Below, piece by piece: positions 1-9,132 of a stretch of 64,000 bases of DNA (position 1 is the first letter of the stretch; every line of letters begins with the position of its first letter). Location: the NCBI GenBank assembly GCA_965203985.1, contig CBDBDS010000012.1, positions 211,907 through 275,906 of the forward strand. Reading direction: 5' to 3'. The stretch is from Dehalococcoidia bacterium (lineage in GTDB: Bacteria; Chloroflexota; Dehalococcoidia; Lucifugimonadales; UBA3495). A model generated the notes under the pieces. It was not told where the DNA came from, ran no database searches, and saw only the letters and a program-made list of their open reading frames with translations. Both the position numbers and the translations under genes were made by a program.

Positions 1-207
1 GAGCGCGGTCAAAAACAGTACGACGAGCTCACCCCCAACGACGGGCAGATCCCCAGCGCAGACACGCTCATTCGCATCGAAGAGATGTACGACAACGAGT
101 ACGGCGGTGACGAGCCGACCGAGCCCACCACGCCTCTGCCGTCCAGCATCGAAGAATTCCTCCAGGGGTTGGGCGCGGACCTCGGCGACGACGAGGAATC
201 TCGCTAG
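1..207 (+). CDS. 3' end of an unidentified CDS (5' part outside the window)
   Basis: Frame 1 is stop-free from the window edge to TAG at 205-207 with strong G/C third-position bias. The C-terminus is acidic (...GADLGDDEESR). No family recognised. Confidence 0.35.
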   Translation, partial: ERGQKQYDELTPNDGQIPSADTLIRIEEMYDNEYGGDEPTEPTTPLPSSIEEFLQGLGADLGDDEESR

Positions 208-238
208 ATTCCGCTTCACCAGCGGGGCTTGTGATCCG

Positions 239-1570
239 ATGGTCTCCGCGTCACCTTCTGCGGAATTCCGCCTCCCTGTTCCTGAGGTGCTCCAGAAGCT
301 CATCCGCTTCGACACCACCAACCCACCCGGAAACGAGAGCGATTGCGCCGCCTATTGCCGGGATGTCCTCGCCGGCGCCGGTATTCCCGCTGAGCTGATC
401 GGCGACGACCCCAATCGCCTCAACGTCGTCAGCCGCTTGCCCGGCCGTGCCGACGCTCCTCCGCTCCTTCTCTACGGCCACATCGACGTGGTGCCCACCG
501 CCGCGCAGCCCTGGGACGTCCCTCCCTTCGAGGGCCGCATCCAGGATGACTACGTCTGGGGTCGCGGCGCGCTGGACATGAAGGGCGGCGTCGCCATGAT
601 GATGGACGCCTTCATCCGCGCTCACCAGGAAGGGGCCAGTCTCCCCGGCGACGTGATCCTGGCCTTGGTCAGCGACGAGGAGGCCGGCGGCAACACCGGC
701 GCTGCCTGGCTGGCGCGAACCCACCCGGAGCTTTTTGAAGGCGTCCGCTACGCCGTCGGCGAGTTCGGCGGCTTCAGCAAGACCCACCGGAGCCGCAAGT
801 TCTACATGGTCCAGGTGGCCGAGAAGCAGGGTTGCCAGGTTCAGGCCGTGGCTCGAGGCTCCGGCGGACACGGCTCCCTGGTGCACCGTGACACCGCCCC
901 CTCGCGCATGGCCCAGTTCCTGGTCAAGCTCGACCGCACCCCGCTGCCATTCCATGTGCATCCGGTCACCCGCATGATGATCGAGGCGATGGCCGGGCGG
1001 TTGCCCCTGACCGATGGCGCGTTCTTGCGGCTCCTCCTGAACCCTGCGTTTACCGGCCAGATGCTGCGTCGCATGGGGACCGTGGGCCGCGAGATGGAAC
1101 CGCTGTTCCGGCACACCGCCAACGCCACGGTCATCGCCGGCGGCGAAAAGACCAACGTCATCCCCAGCGAGGTAACGGTCACGCTGGATTGCCGTATGCT
1201 CCCCGGCTACGACGCCGAGGACCTGCTCGGCGAACTGCAGCACATCGCCGGCCCCAACATCGAACTCCAGGCCATCCGCTTCGACCCCAAGCCGTGGGCG
1301 CTCAACATGGGGTTGTTCGACACCCTGTCCGTCATCATCCGGGAACAGGACCCCGAAGGCGTCTCCGTGCCCATGCTCATGCCGGCCGCAACCGACGGGC
1401 GCCATTTCGCCACCCTCGGCATCCAGACCTACGGCTGGATGCCCATGAACCTGCCCGCTGATTTTGACTTTCTCAAGACCATCCACGCCGCCAACGAGCG
1501 TGTTCCGGTCTCAGCCCTTGAATTCGGCTCCGAAGCCCTGTTCCAGTTGCTCCAGCGTTTCCACGAATGA
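239..1570 (+). CDS. M20 family metallopeptidase (ArgE/DapE/CPG2-like deacylase)
   Basis: Motifs HIDVVP, GRGALDMKGG and SDEEAGG are typical of M20 zinc peptidases. ATG 239 lies after the upstream stop at 205-207, whereas the ORF-track start at 107 would overlap the preceding gene. Confidence 0.85.
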   Translation: MVSASPSAEFRLPVPEVLQKLIRFDTTNPPGNESDCAAYCRDVLAGAGIPAELIGDDPNRLNVVSRLPGRADAPPLLLYGHIDVVPTAAQPWDVPPFEGRIQDDYVWGRGALDMKGGVAMMMDAFIRAHQEGASLPGDVILALVSDEEAGGNTGAAWLARTHPELFEGVRYAVGEFGGFSKTHRSRKFYMVQVAEKQGCQVQAVARGSGGHGSLVHRDTAPSRMAQFLVKLDRTPLPFHVHPVTRMMIEAMAGRLPLTDGAFLRLLLNPAFTGQMLRRMGTVGREMEPLFRHTANATVIAGGEKTNVIPSEVTVTLDCRMLPGYDAEDLLGELQHIAGPNIELQAIRFDPKPWALNMGLFDTLSVIIREQDPEGVSVPMLMPAATDGRHFATLGIQTYGWMPMNLPADFDFLKTIHAANERVPVSALEFGSEALFQLLQRFHE

Positions 1571-2343
1571 CCGTGCATTCCGTGTGGCTGCTCCGCGGCT
1601 TGCTCGTCATCGCCTTTTGGGCGATCGTCGCGTGCGCTACTGACCCACCGATTCCTGAGCCGACCGTGCCCGTGACCTCAACCGGCGCCCCTTCATCCAT
1701 TGTCACATCTACCGAGACCGTCCGGCCCACGCCCGCCGTCACCATCCCACCAACCCTCGGGGTCACTGTGGCTACGCAGGCGCCGACGGCGACCCCTATC
1801 CCCACGCCACGCCTGCCGACACCCGAGTCCCAGCCAAGCCCTGCTGCGCTCGAGACTTCGGCACCAATGCCGTTTTTGATCCGCTTGCGGGATAACCTCG
1901 ACGATCCGCTGGGCTACTGTATCGATGTCCGTGGGTTCGGCGCCGGGATCCGGCTGGACGCCGACTTGCAGGCCCACAGTTGCAAGTCCAACTCTCCCGA
2001 CGATCAGTCCTTCGCCATGATGGATGACCGGGCGGTTGGAACCATCGTGCTCGTCGATTACGATGTCTGTCTTACCGCCGCTGATCCGAAACCAGGCGCA
2101 TCCATTCTGCTGCGTCCGTGCGACGACCGCTCGGTTTCCCAGGGTTTCGAATTGCTTGCTGATGGCCGTCTGCGCCTTCAGGTGGAGTCCGGTGTTTCGC
2201 AACCGGAGTTGTGCATTGGCATTGCCGACGGCGCCGGCGAACCGGCTGGAGGCCGCAATCATTTGCGTCGGGACCTCATGCTGCTGGAATGCGACGAGGC
2301 CGATCCCATCTTGATCGCATGGGAAGCGACCCCAACAAAATAG
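1567..2343 (+). CDS. Predicted lipoprotein with a Pro/Thr-rich linker and a Cys-containing beta-trefoil (ricin-type lectin)-like C-terminal domain
   Basis: Hydrophobic signal peptide ending in a lipobox-like AIVAC, then a PT-rich linker. The C-terminal region has paired Cys and Q-x-F/W-like repeats. ATGA overlap with the upstream stop. Confidence 0.55.
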   Translation: MTVHSVWLLRGLLVIAFWAIVACATDPPIPEPTVPVTSTGAPSSIVTSTETVRPTPAVTIPPTLGVTVATQAPTATPIPTPRLPTPESQPSPAALETSAPMPFLIRLRDNLDDPLGYCIDVRGFGAGIRLDADLQAHSCKSNSPDDQSFAMMDDRAVGTIVLVDYDVCLTAADPKPGASILLRPCDDRSVSQGFELLADGRLRLQVESGVSQPELCIGIADGAGEPAGGRNHLRRDLMLLECDEADPILIAWEATPTK

Positions 2344-2365
2344 GGGCGAATGTTCATTCGCCCCT
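2342..2365. terminator. Bidirectional terminator-like hairpin between convergent genes
   Basis: Inverted repeat AGGGGCGAATG / CATTCGCCCCT lies between the + strand stop at 2343 and the - strand rplT stop at 2395. Nearly the same stem recurs at 40731-40758. Confidence 0.5.
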
Positions 2366-2394
2366 CGCTCGTCGTGGAAATGACTCGGAGTCGA

Positions 2395-2760
2395 CTATGC
2401 GGTGGCCGCCGTCGCTCCCTTGGCCACTTCGATAAGCCGCTCGAAGGCATCCGGATCCCGCACCGCCATATCCGCCAGCATCTTGCGGTCGATCTCTATG
2501 CCGGCGACATTCAACCCGTGCATGAACTGGCTGTAGGTCATGCCGTGCTGGCGGGTCGCCGCACCGATGCGGATGATCCACAAGCGCCGGAAATCGCCCT
2601 TGCGCTGCCGACGATGCCGGTACGCGTGGCTCCACGCGTGCATCACCGCCTCTTTCGCCCACTTGTAGTTGCGCCCCGAGGACGCCTGGTACCCCTTGGC
2701 GGCTTTGATGATTTTCTTGTGACGGGCGCGCTTGGTCACGCCCCTTTTGACTCTTGGCAC
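2395..2760 (-). CDS. rplT: 50S ribosomal protein L20
   Basis: [24 protein letters not shown]...[11 protein letters not shown] is a canonical L20 sequence. It is the last gene of the infC-rpmI-rplT order. Confidence 0.95.
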   Translation of the reverse strand: MPRVKRGVTKRARHKKIIKAAKGYQASSGRNYKWAKEAVMHAWSHAYRHRRQRKGDFRRLWIIRIGAATRQHGMTYSQFMHGLNVAGIEIDRKMLADMAVRDPDAFERLIEVAKGATAATA

Positions 2761-2778
2761 GGTTACGGATTCTCCAGT

Positions 2779-2979
2779 CTAGACGTCATAGGGAACCAAC
2801 CGGCTGAGACGCTTCACGTCCGCGTCGGCGAAGCCGATCTTCTGAGCGAATTTCCGCGTGACCTTCTTCGGCTTCTTGCGCCGGAGGTGGCTGCTCATCC
2901 GCTTGCGGCGGAGCAGTTTGCCTGAGCCCGTCACGTGTATTCGGGCCTTGGCCCCTTTGTGGGTTTTCAGTTTGGGCAT
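2779..2979 (-). CDS. rpmI: 50S ribosomal protein L35
   Basis: MPKLKTHKGAKARIHVTGSGKLLRRK is a canonical L35 sequence. It lies between infC and rplT. Confidence 0.95.
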   Translation of the reverse strand: MPKLKTHKGAKARIHVTGSGKLLRRKRMSSHLRRKKPKKVTRKFAQKIGFADADVKRLSRLVPYDV

Positions 2980-2985
2980 GTGCGA

Positions 2986-3540
2986 TTATTCCGTAGCTAC
3001 TGCTTCCTTTCGTTCGTTGCGGGCAGCGACCGTTGGATTGGGTATCAGGACCATGGACATGGCCCGCCCTTCCATTGAAGGCTGCTGCTCCAGTCGGATG
3101 TCGTCTTTCAGCTCCTCAGCCACCCGCTTCAACAGCGACAGGCCGTTTTGCTGGTGCACCGCCTCACGTCCGCGGAACCTTACCGTCAGCTTGACCTTGT
3201 CACCGTTGCCGATGAACTGGCGCACCTTGCGGAGCTTGGCGTCGAAGTCGTGGGTGCCGATGTTGGGACGGAACCGGACTTCCTTCAGCTCGTTGCTTTT
3301 CTGGGATTTGCGGGTCTCGCGCTCTTTCTTGGACGAGAGATACCGGAGTTTGCCGTAATCAAGCAGCCGCGCGACCGGCGGGTCGGCGTTGGGCGCCACT
3401 TCCACCAGGTCAAGGTCATTCATCCGCGCCCTGGAGAGAGCGTCGGACACCGTCATTACGCCAAGCTGCTCGCCATCTTCTCCGATCACTCGTACCCGTG
3501 GGACGCGTATCTGTTCGTTGACCCTGTACTGCCTGGCTAT
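2986..3540 (-). CDS. infC: Translation initiation factor IF-3, predicted to start at a non-canonical ATA codon
   Basis: The IF-3 sequence (RVNEQIRVPRVRVIGEDGEQLGV...KEVRFRPNIGTHDF) begins right after an ATA at 3540-3538. A GGAGG at 3552-3548 sits 7 nt upstream. The ORF-track N-terminal extension has no RBS. Confidence 0.85.
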   Translation of the reverse strand: MARQYRVNEQIRVPRVRVIGEDGEQLGVMTVSDALSRARMNDLDLVEVAPNADPPVARLLDYGKLRYLSSKKERETRKSQKSNELKEVRFRPNIGTHDFDAKLRKVRQFIGNGDKVKLTVRFRGREAVHQQNGLSLLKRVAEELKDDIRLEQQPSMEGRAMSMVLIPNPTVAARNERKEAVATE

Positions 3541-3614
3541 GGCGTCACCTCCTTGAGGGTACGTAACGTATAGGGCTGGGACCGAACACAGCCCCAACCG
3601 CTCATCATGGCCCT

Positions 3615-3643
3615 ATTCTAGCGGCGGCCCACCGGGCAGTCAA
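3615..3643 (-). promoter_or_regulatory. Sigma-70-like promoter for infC-rpmI-rplT
   Basis: On the minus strand: TTGACT - 17 nt - TAGAAT, about 70 nt upstream of the infC start. Confidence 0.5.
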
Positions 3644-3738
3644 CGATTTGGGAAGGGGTTTCAATCGTGGGTAGGGCCCCATCTTGCTCGCCGCCGCGGC
3701 CCTCCCGCAGCCAATTGCCACGGAGCCACGCGCGGTTT

Positions 3739-4356
3739 TTAGTCCAGCTCCTCGTCCTCGTCGTCTTCAAACGGGTCGTCGTCATCGTCGTCGAGGTCGT
3801 CTTCACCAAACAGGTCATCGTCCTCGTCATCGTCTGCGGCGAGAGCCTCGATGATCCTGCTCAACTGCTCGTCTTCGTCCGTTCCCGGGGCCGACAGCAT
3901 GAGGACCGTGTCGGCAACCTCCTCGGGTTCTGGATCTTCCACCGGAATCGCCGCAAACCCGTAGAACACGTCGTTATCCAGCACCCTGGCCAATCCGGCC
4001 ATGGTAAGCGTGATCGGTCGTATCGGTGTTGACCACTTGCCGGTAAGTTCGGCATGCAACTCCGACAGCGACATCGGTGCCTCTCCCCGCAGCAGCAGCG
4101 TGCGGAACACTATCTCCTGAAGCGGCATCGCTGACTGTATGTACTCGGTGTCTTCGGCGCAATGGGACCGGATTTCCCGTACCAGATCGGACGGGTCCGC
4201 GATTTGGGACGGCGTCTTGCCAAACGACGGGCACGCGGTGTTCAGCCGGGCCAGGAGCAATGGGATCGCGGACCGGTTCAATTCTTCCAACCGTTCCAGG
4301 CTGAACCGGTATTCAGTCCCTGCCGATCTGCTATTTCCGGTGACGGTGGTCGTCAT
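3739..4356 (-). CDS. Hypothetical protein with a poly-acidic (D/E) C-terminal tail
   Basis: Good GC3 coding bias. ATGA start/stop overlap with moeA. The C-terminal ~45 aa are almost entirely D/E. No family recognised. Confidence 0.6.
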   Translation of the reverse strand: MTTTVTGNSRSAGTEYRFSLERLEELNRSAIPLLLARLNTACPSFGKTPSQIADPSDLVREIRSHCAEDTEYIQSAMPLQEIVFRTLLLRGEAPMSLSELHAELTGKWSTPIRPITLTMAGLARVLDNDVFYGFAAIPVEDPEPEEVADTVLMLSAPGTDEDEQLSRIIEALAADDDEDDDLFGEDDLDDDDDDPFEDDEDEELD

Positions 4357-5840
4357 GCGTTAACCTCTTCATTCCAGTCCAGCATTATGATCTTTACGGC
4401 TTGCCCGGCGTTCTTGCGTGGCAGGTCAGCCGGGCAAATCGCCAGGCCGTTGGCCTTTGACAGCGATGTCAGGATGTTCGAGCCCTGCGGCCCGGTCGGC
4501 GTGGCGTACCATGTCCTATCCCGCCTCTCGACCTCGACCCGCGCGTACACCCGCCGGCCGTCGTTGTTGAAAATGGGCCCGGTGAGCACGCCCTCAACCG
4601 CCGGCCGCTCCAACAGGTCCCGCCCCAACATGCGGCGCACCGCCGCCCGACCGAACATTTCGAACGCCAGCAGCGCGCTCACGGGGTTCCCGGGCAAGCC
4701 CAACAACGGTAGCGGTCCTCGACCGTCCCGCCGGATCAACCCGAACGCCAGCGGTTTGGCCGGCCGCATCCGCACCGACCAGAAGTTCATGTCCCCTCGC
4801 TGCTCCAGCACGTCCTTCACCATGTCGTAGTCGCCCTTGGACACGCCGGCCGACGTAACCAGCAGGTCAGCGTCCGAGGCGGCGTCGATGCAACGGTGCA
4901 GGTCGTCCAGGTTGTCCCGCGCGATCCCAATCATCTTAGTTTCGCCACCCGCCGCGTGGACGGCCGCGGCCACGCTGCTGCTGTTGCTGTCGTAGATGTG
5001 ACCCGGGGCCAGATCTTCGCCCACCGTGGTCAGCTCGTCCCCGGTGGAAAGCACCGCTACCAACGGTCGCCGGATCACCTTCACCGTGACCAGTCCCAGC
5101 GATGCAAGCACTCCGGCCTCCGCGGGTCGAATCACCGTGCCCGCGGCCAACACCAACTCCCCGGCCCGCACGTCCTCGCCAGCCGGTCTGACGTTGCTGC
5201 CCAGCGGCAGGGCCTTGCGGATTTCGATCTCATCCAGCGGCGTGCCGGCTCGCCGGCGGTCCAGTTCGTCCGTCTCCTCGAAGGGAACCACGGTGTCCGC
5301 GCCGTCGGGCACGGGCGCCCCGGTCATGATCCGGATCGCCGTACCCCTGGTGACGGTTTGGTCCGAAACCTGCCCGGCCGCCACCGCGGAAATCACTGAC
5401 AGCTTCGGCGCTGCATCGTTGGCGCCTGCGATGTCAGCGTGCAGCACGGCGTAGCCGTCCATGGCCGAGTTGGCCAGCGGCGGCAGGTTCAACGGCGAGC
5501 TGACGTCCTCCGCCAGCGCCAGCCCCAGACACTCCAGTACCGGCAGTTCCACCGCGTCCAGCGGGCCGAAGTGGGCAAGGATGCGCTCGAACGCCTGCTC
5601 CACTTCCAGCATGTCCTCGTGCCCGTGGCCGTCGTCGCGGCCGCGATGGTGTCCGCCGTGCTCATGTTCCCCGTGGCGTTGGTCGCGATGCCCATGGTCA
5701 TGGATACTTTCGTGGTCCCCGTCGCCGTGGGCGTCGTGGGCATGCAGGTGTCGGGAGTGCTGATGTGTGGTCATAAGGCTGTCGTCCATTGCAGCGGGAT
5801 GTGGCGCGCTCAAGTATCGTAACATAGCGTCGCGTTGCAA
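4353..5840 (-). CDS. moeA: Molybdopterin molybdenumtransferase MoeA with a His-rich N-terminal extension (start uncertain)
   Basis: MoeA core motifs are present (SPLNLPPLANSAMDGYAV, GAPVPDGADTVV, GLPGNPVSA). The N-terminal ~75 aa are rich in H/D/G (HLHAHDAHGDGDHESIHDHGHRDQRHGEHEHGGHH). Confidence 0.85.
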   Translation of the reverse strand: MQRDAMLRYLSAPHPAAMDDSLMTTHQHSRHLHAHDAHGDGDHESIHDHGHRDQRHGEHEHGGHHRGRDDGHGHEDMLEVEQAFERILAHFGPLDAVELPVLECLGLALAEDVSSPLNLPPLANSAMDGYAVLHADIAGANDAAPKLSVISAVAAGQVSDQTVTRGTAIRIMTGAPVPDGADTVVPFEETDELDRRRAGTPLDEIEIRKALPLGSNVRPAGEDVRAGELVLAAGTVIRPAEAGVLASLGLVTVKVIRRPLVAVLSTGDELTTVGEDLAPGHIYDSNSSSVAAAVHAAGGETKMIGIARDNLDDLHRCIDAASDADLLVTSAGVSKGDYDMVKDVLEQRGDMNFWSVRMRPAKPLAFGLIRRDGRGPLPLLGLPGNPVSALLAFEMFGRAAVRRMLGRDLLERPAVEGVLTGPIFNNDGRRVYARVEVERRDRTWYATPTGPQGSNILTSLSKANGLAICPADLPRKNAGQAVKIIMLDWNEEVNA

Positions 5841-5845
5841 GCCGG

Positions 5846-6154
5846 CTAGTTGGTTTCGATGCGCAGTATGGATTCCAGATATACGGCACGGTCGTCCTCA
5901 ACGACGGAGTACCACATTTCAATTACTGGAGGGCCAATGAGGCGAGGAAACGCAATTGAGTATAAATTGACCGGTGTGTCGGGCAGCTGCCGACCGGAGA
6001 CCGGACGTCTCGCCAAGCGCTGTTTGAAATGGAGCAAATCGGCGGCGTCGGTCACCGGGTTGATGTATCCAAGCTCCACGCCTCGCCTCCAGTCGGCGGC
6101 AAACTGCTCCGTTTCTATTACGTCATAAGGATTTGCGGCGTTCGACAATGGCAT
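5846..6154 (-). CDS. Candidate toxin partner of the Panacea-domain protein (RelE/ParE-like by C-terminal pattern)
   Basis: A 102-aa ORF overlaps the upstream DUF4065 gene by 32 nt. Its C-terminus (...VIEMWYSVVEDDRAVYLESI) resembles the RelE/ParE beta-strand signature. Similarity is weak. Confidence 0.45.
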   Translation of the reverse strand: MPLSNAANPYDVIETEQFAADWRRGVELGYINPVTDAADLLHFKQRLARRPVSGRQLPDTPVNLYSIAFPRLIGPPVIEMWYSVVEDDRAVYLESILRIETN

Positions 6155-6689
6155 CGGCTATTTTTCGGCCTCGTCTGATAGCGCTGGCGCTGAGGGGAGG
6201 AGCGATCATTCCGGCAGTTTCGTAAGATATTGGTTCGCCGTCTTCAGTGTCTCGCCAACTCAATTCCTGGTGCGAATGCTCCGAAATGCCGGCAGTATTG
6301 AACAAGGCGAACCGCTTCCGTTGTTCATCCAGGATGGCGCATTCCTCGGCAGTCAGCACCTCCGGTTTCACCGTTCGATTGGGCAGCATACGATAACGGT
6401 GGAAGCCGTCGTCACAATCCTCGTACACCACTTCCACGTCCCCGGCCGCTTGCATCTCTCTCCGCACTTTGTACCAGTGCTCCGGGTACGGGCCGTGGGG
6501 GAAATGCAGGTAGGTAACGCCGGTGATAGGCGCGCCGTGTTGCAGGTAGGCGGCGCAATCGGCGTAGTACAGAAGGTGTACCAGCTTGATTACGCCAAAA
6601 TTGGGGTCGTCAGCAGAGCGCTCGCTCAGGTAGATTACGGCTTCAATCAATTTTTCCTTGTGCAGGTCGAACTCCCTTTCGGTCTCCAT
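6123..6689 (-). CDS. Panacea (SocA/DUF4065) domain protein, putative antitoxin
   Basis: KLIEAVIYLSERS...GVIKLVHLLYYADCAAYLQHGAPITGVTYLHFPHGPYPE matches the DUF4065/Panacea pattern. Confidence 0.7.
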   Translation of the reverse strand: METEREFDLHKEKLIEAVIYLSERSADDPNFGVIKLVHLLYYADCAAYLQHGAPITGVTYLHFPHGPYPEHWYKVRREMQAAGDVEVVYEDCDDGFHRYRMLPNRTVKPEVLTAEECAILDEQRKRFALFNTAGISEHSHQELSWRDTEDGEPISYETAGMIAPPLSASAIRRGRKIADAIVERRKSL

Positions 6690-6706
6690 AGCCGTATTCT
6701 CCTTGA

Positions 6707-9127
6707 CTACGCTCGCACCGTCGCCCCGGCTTCCCGTTCCAGAGCCCGCGTCAGTCCGTTCACCGCCCGGTTCACGTCTTCGGCGGTCAGGGTCCGGTCC
6801 GCGGCTCGGAACCGGATGCGGAAGGCCAGCGACCGCGTACCCTCGGGCAGACTCTCGCCGGCGTACACGTCAAAAAGCTCCGCCCGTTCCACCAGCCGCA
6901 CTCTCTCGATCAGGCCCTGCACCCGGGCCGCCGGCACGTCCGCCGGCACCACCAGCGCCAGGTCCCGGTTGGCGGCCGGGAACCGCGACAACGACTCGAA
7001 CCGGCCACCGTTCGTGCCAGCCTCCAGCAGGTCGTCCAGCCGCACCTCGAAGTAGACCACCGGGTCCGATCCCAGGTCGAACGCCTCCCTGATGTCCGGG
7101 TGCAGTTCCCCGATCAAACCCACGCCATCCGCGCTGCCCGCATTCACTACCACGCGGGCGCACCGTCCCGGATGGAACATCTCGTGGTCATGCGACTCCA
7201 GCGACACCGCGATCCCTACGCGCTCCAGCGCGGTCGCCAGTGTCCCCGATAGGTCAAAAAAGTCCAGGGACTCGCCCGCGCTCAGCCAGTTGGCGTCGTA
7301 GCGTGGCCCCGACATGACGCCCGCCACCGTCTCGCGCTCTACCGGAAGCCCCGTGCTCTGCGGGATGAAAGCCCTCCCCATCTCGAACAGCCGGAATCCG
7401 CCGTCGTTGTGCCCGCGGTTGTAGGCCAGCGTGTTCAGGATGCTGGCCGCCAGCGTGGGACGCATGATGTCCTGTTCGACGGACATCGGGTTTGCCACCC
7501 GCAGTAATTGGAGGGCGTCGTCCGCCTCGCCGCTCACGCTTAGCCGTTCCAGATCATCCATGCTGACCAGGGGGTAGCTGATCGTCTCCTGCATCCCCGC
7601 CGCCGACAGCGCGTCGCGCAGGCCGTCCTTCAGCGCCGTCATCGAGTTGGGCCGGTGGTACGGTATCGGCGACGCCAGCATGGTGGTCGGCACTTCGTCG
7701 TACCCGATGATGCGTATAACCTCCTCGATCAGGTCCTCTTCGATGGCAATGTCGCTGCGCCAGTACGGCGGGTCCGCCTCCAGGCTGTCCGGCCCCGTGC
7801 GCCGCGTCGTGATCCCCAGGCTCCCCAGCACCGTCTCTGCCCGGGCGATGTCCAGGTCCATGCCCAGCACCTGCCGCAACCTTGCCACCGTCAGCGGAAC
7901 CGCCGGCGTCTCCGTGTCCCCGCCCGGGAAAACGTCGATGATCCCTGCCGCCGCCTGTCCGCCGGCCGTCTCCAGGATCAACTGTGTGGCGCGCCGCAGC
8001 GCGATGGGCGCCAGCTCGGGCCGCAGCCCTTTCTCGAAGCGTAGGCTCGCCTCGGTTCGCAGACCAAGGTCCGTCGACGTGCGCCGGTTGTTCAGCGGGT
8101 GGAACGTCGCCGATTCCAGCAGCATGTTGGTCGTGCTTGCCGTGATCTCGCTGTTGGCCCCGCCCATGACGCCGCCGATGCCAATCGCCTGCGCCGGGTC
8201 TGCGATCAGCAGGTTGTCGGTCGAAAGCTTCCGTTTTACCCCGTCCAGGGTCGTGAACTCCTCGTCCTCTGCGGCCCGTCGCACCACTACGTGGCGGTCG
8301 GTCACCGTGTCCAGGTCAAAGGCGTGCAGCGGTTGGTTGAATTCCAGCATCACGTAGTTGGTCACGTCCACCACGTTGTTGATGGGGCGCAACCCCGCGC
8401 GGTTCAGCCGTTCCTGCAGCCACTGCGGCGAGGCCCCGATGCTGATCCCGGTGATGACCGATGCCGTGTAGCGCGGGCACAGATCCGGGTCTTCAATGGT
8501 CACCCTTGCCAGCGTCTCCACCGGCACATCCGACTCCGCGTATCCGATCTCCGGCACCCGGACCGGCTGCCCGGTGATCGCCCCGATCTCCCGGGCCACG
8601 CCCAGTATCGACAGGCAGTCGCCGCGATTCGGCGTCAGCTCCAGCTCCAGGAACGTGTCGCCCAGCGCTTCGTCCAGCGGAGTGCCGACCACCGCGTCAT
8701 CCGGCAGCACGATGATCCCTTCGTGCTCGTCGCTGATCTCCAGTTCCGCTTCCGAGCAGATCATCCCCTCCGAAACGATCCCCCGTATCGTCGCCGGCTT
8801 GAGCTCCTCCCGGCGCCCGTTGTGCATGTTCATCAGCATGACGCCGGGTCGCGCGAAGCATATTTTCTGGCCCGCCGCCACGTTCGGCGCGCCGCAGACC
8901 ACTTCCATCGGCGGCCCGTCCCCCGGATCAACCTCGCAAAGCGTCAAGGTATCGGCGTTGGGATGCGGCCGCGTCGCCCGCACGTATCCAACCACGCAGC
9001 CTTCCCAGCCGCCGCGCGTGAACACGTCGCCCACCTCGATGCCGCCCATGGTCAGCCGGTGCGCCAACTCATCGGGCACCAGCGTGATGTCAACGTACTG
9101 GGAAAGCCAGGAGAAGGGAATCAGCAT
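6707..9127 (-). CDS. pheT: Phenylalanine--tRNA ligase beta subunit
   Basis: MLIPFSWLSQYVDI... is the canonical PheT N-terminus, and B3/4, B5 and C-terminal anticodon-binding-like regions are present. The start at 9127 lies 5 nt after the upstream stop. Confidence 0.95.
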   Translation of the reverse strand: MLIPFSWLSQYVDITLVPDELAHRLTMGGIEVGDVFTRGGWEGCVVGYVRATRPHPNADTLTLCEVDPGDGPPMEVVCGAPNVAAGQKICFARPGVMLMNMHNGRREELKPATIRGIVSEGMICSEAELEISDEHEGIIVLPDDAVVGTPLDEALGDTFLELELTPNRGDCLSILGVAREIGAITGQPVRVPEIGYAESDVPVETLARVTIEDPDLCPRYTASVITGISIGASPQWLQERLNRAGLRPINNVVDVTNYVMLEFNQPLHAFDLDTVTDRHVVVRRAAEDEEFTTLDGVKRKLSTDNLLIADPAQAIGIGGVMGGANSEITASTTNMLLESATFHPLNNRRTSTDLGLRTEASLRFEKGLRPELAPIALRRATQLILETAGGQAAAGIIDVFPGGDTETPAVPLTVARLRQVLGMDLDIARAETVLGSLGITTRRTGPDSLEADPPYWRSDIAIEEDLIEEVIRIIGYDEVPTTMLASPIPYHRPNSMTALKDGLRDALSAAGMQETISYPLVSMDDLERLSVSGEADDALQLLRVANPMSVEQDIMRPTLAASILNTLAYNRGHNDGGFRLFEMGRAFIPQSTGLPVERETVAGVMSGPRYDANWLSAGESLDFFDLSGTLATALERVGIAVSLESHDHEMFHPGRCARVVVNAGSADGVGLIGELHPDIREAFDLGSDPVVYFEVRLDDLLEAGTNGGRFESLSRFPAANRDLALVVPADVPAARVQGLIERVRLVERAELFDVYAGESLPEGTRSLAFRIRFRAADRTLTAEDVNRAVNGLTRALEREAGATVRA

Positions 9128-9132
9128 AACGA

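Noticed and set aside
3745-3880. A GAC/GAG-rich stretch considered as a possible tandem-repeat element.
   Set aside because: It is in frame, encodes the poly-Asp/Glu tail of the 205-aa protein, and has no fixed repeat unit.
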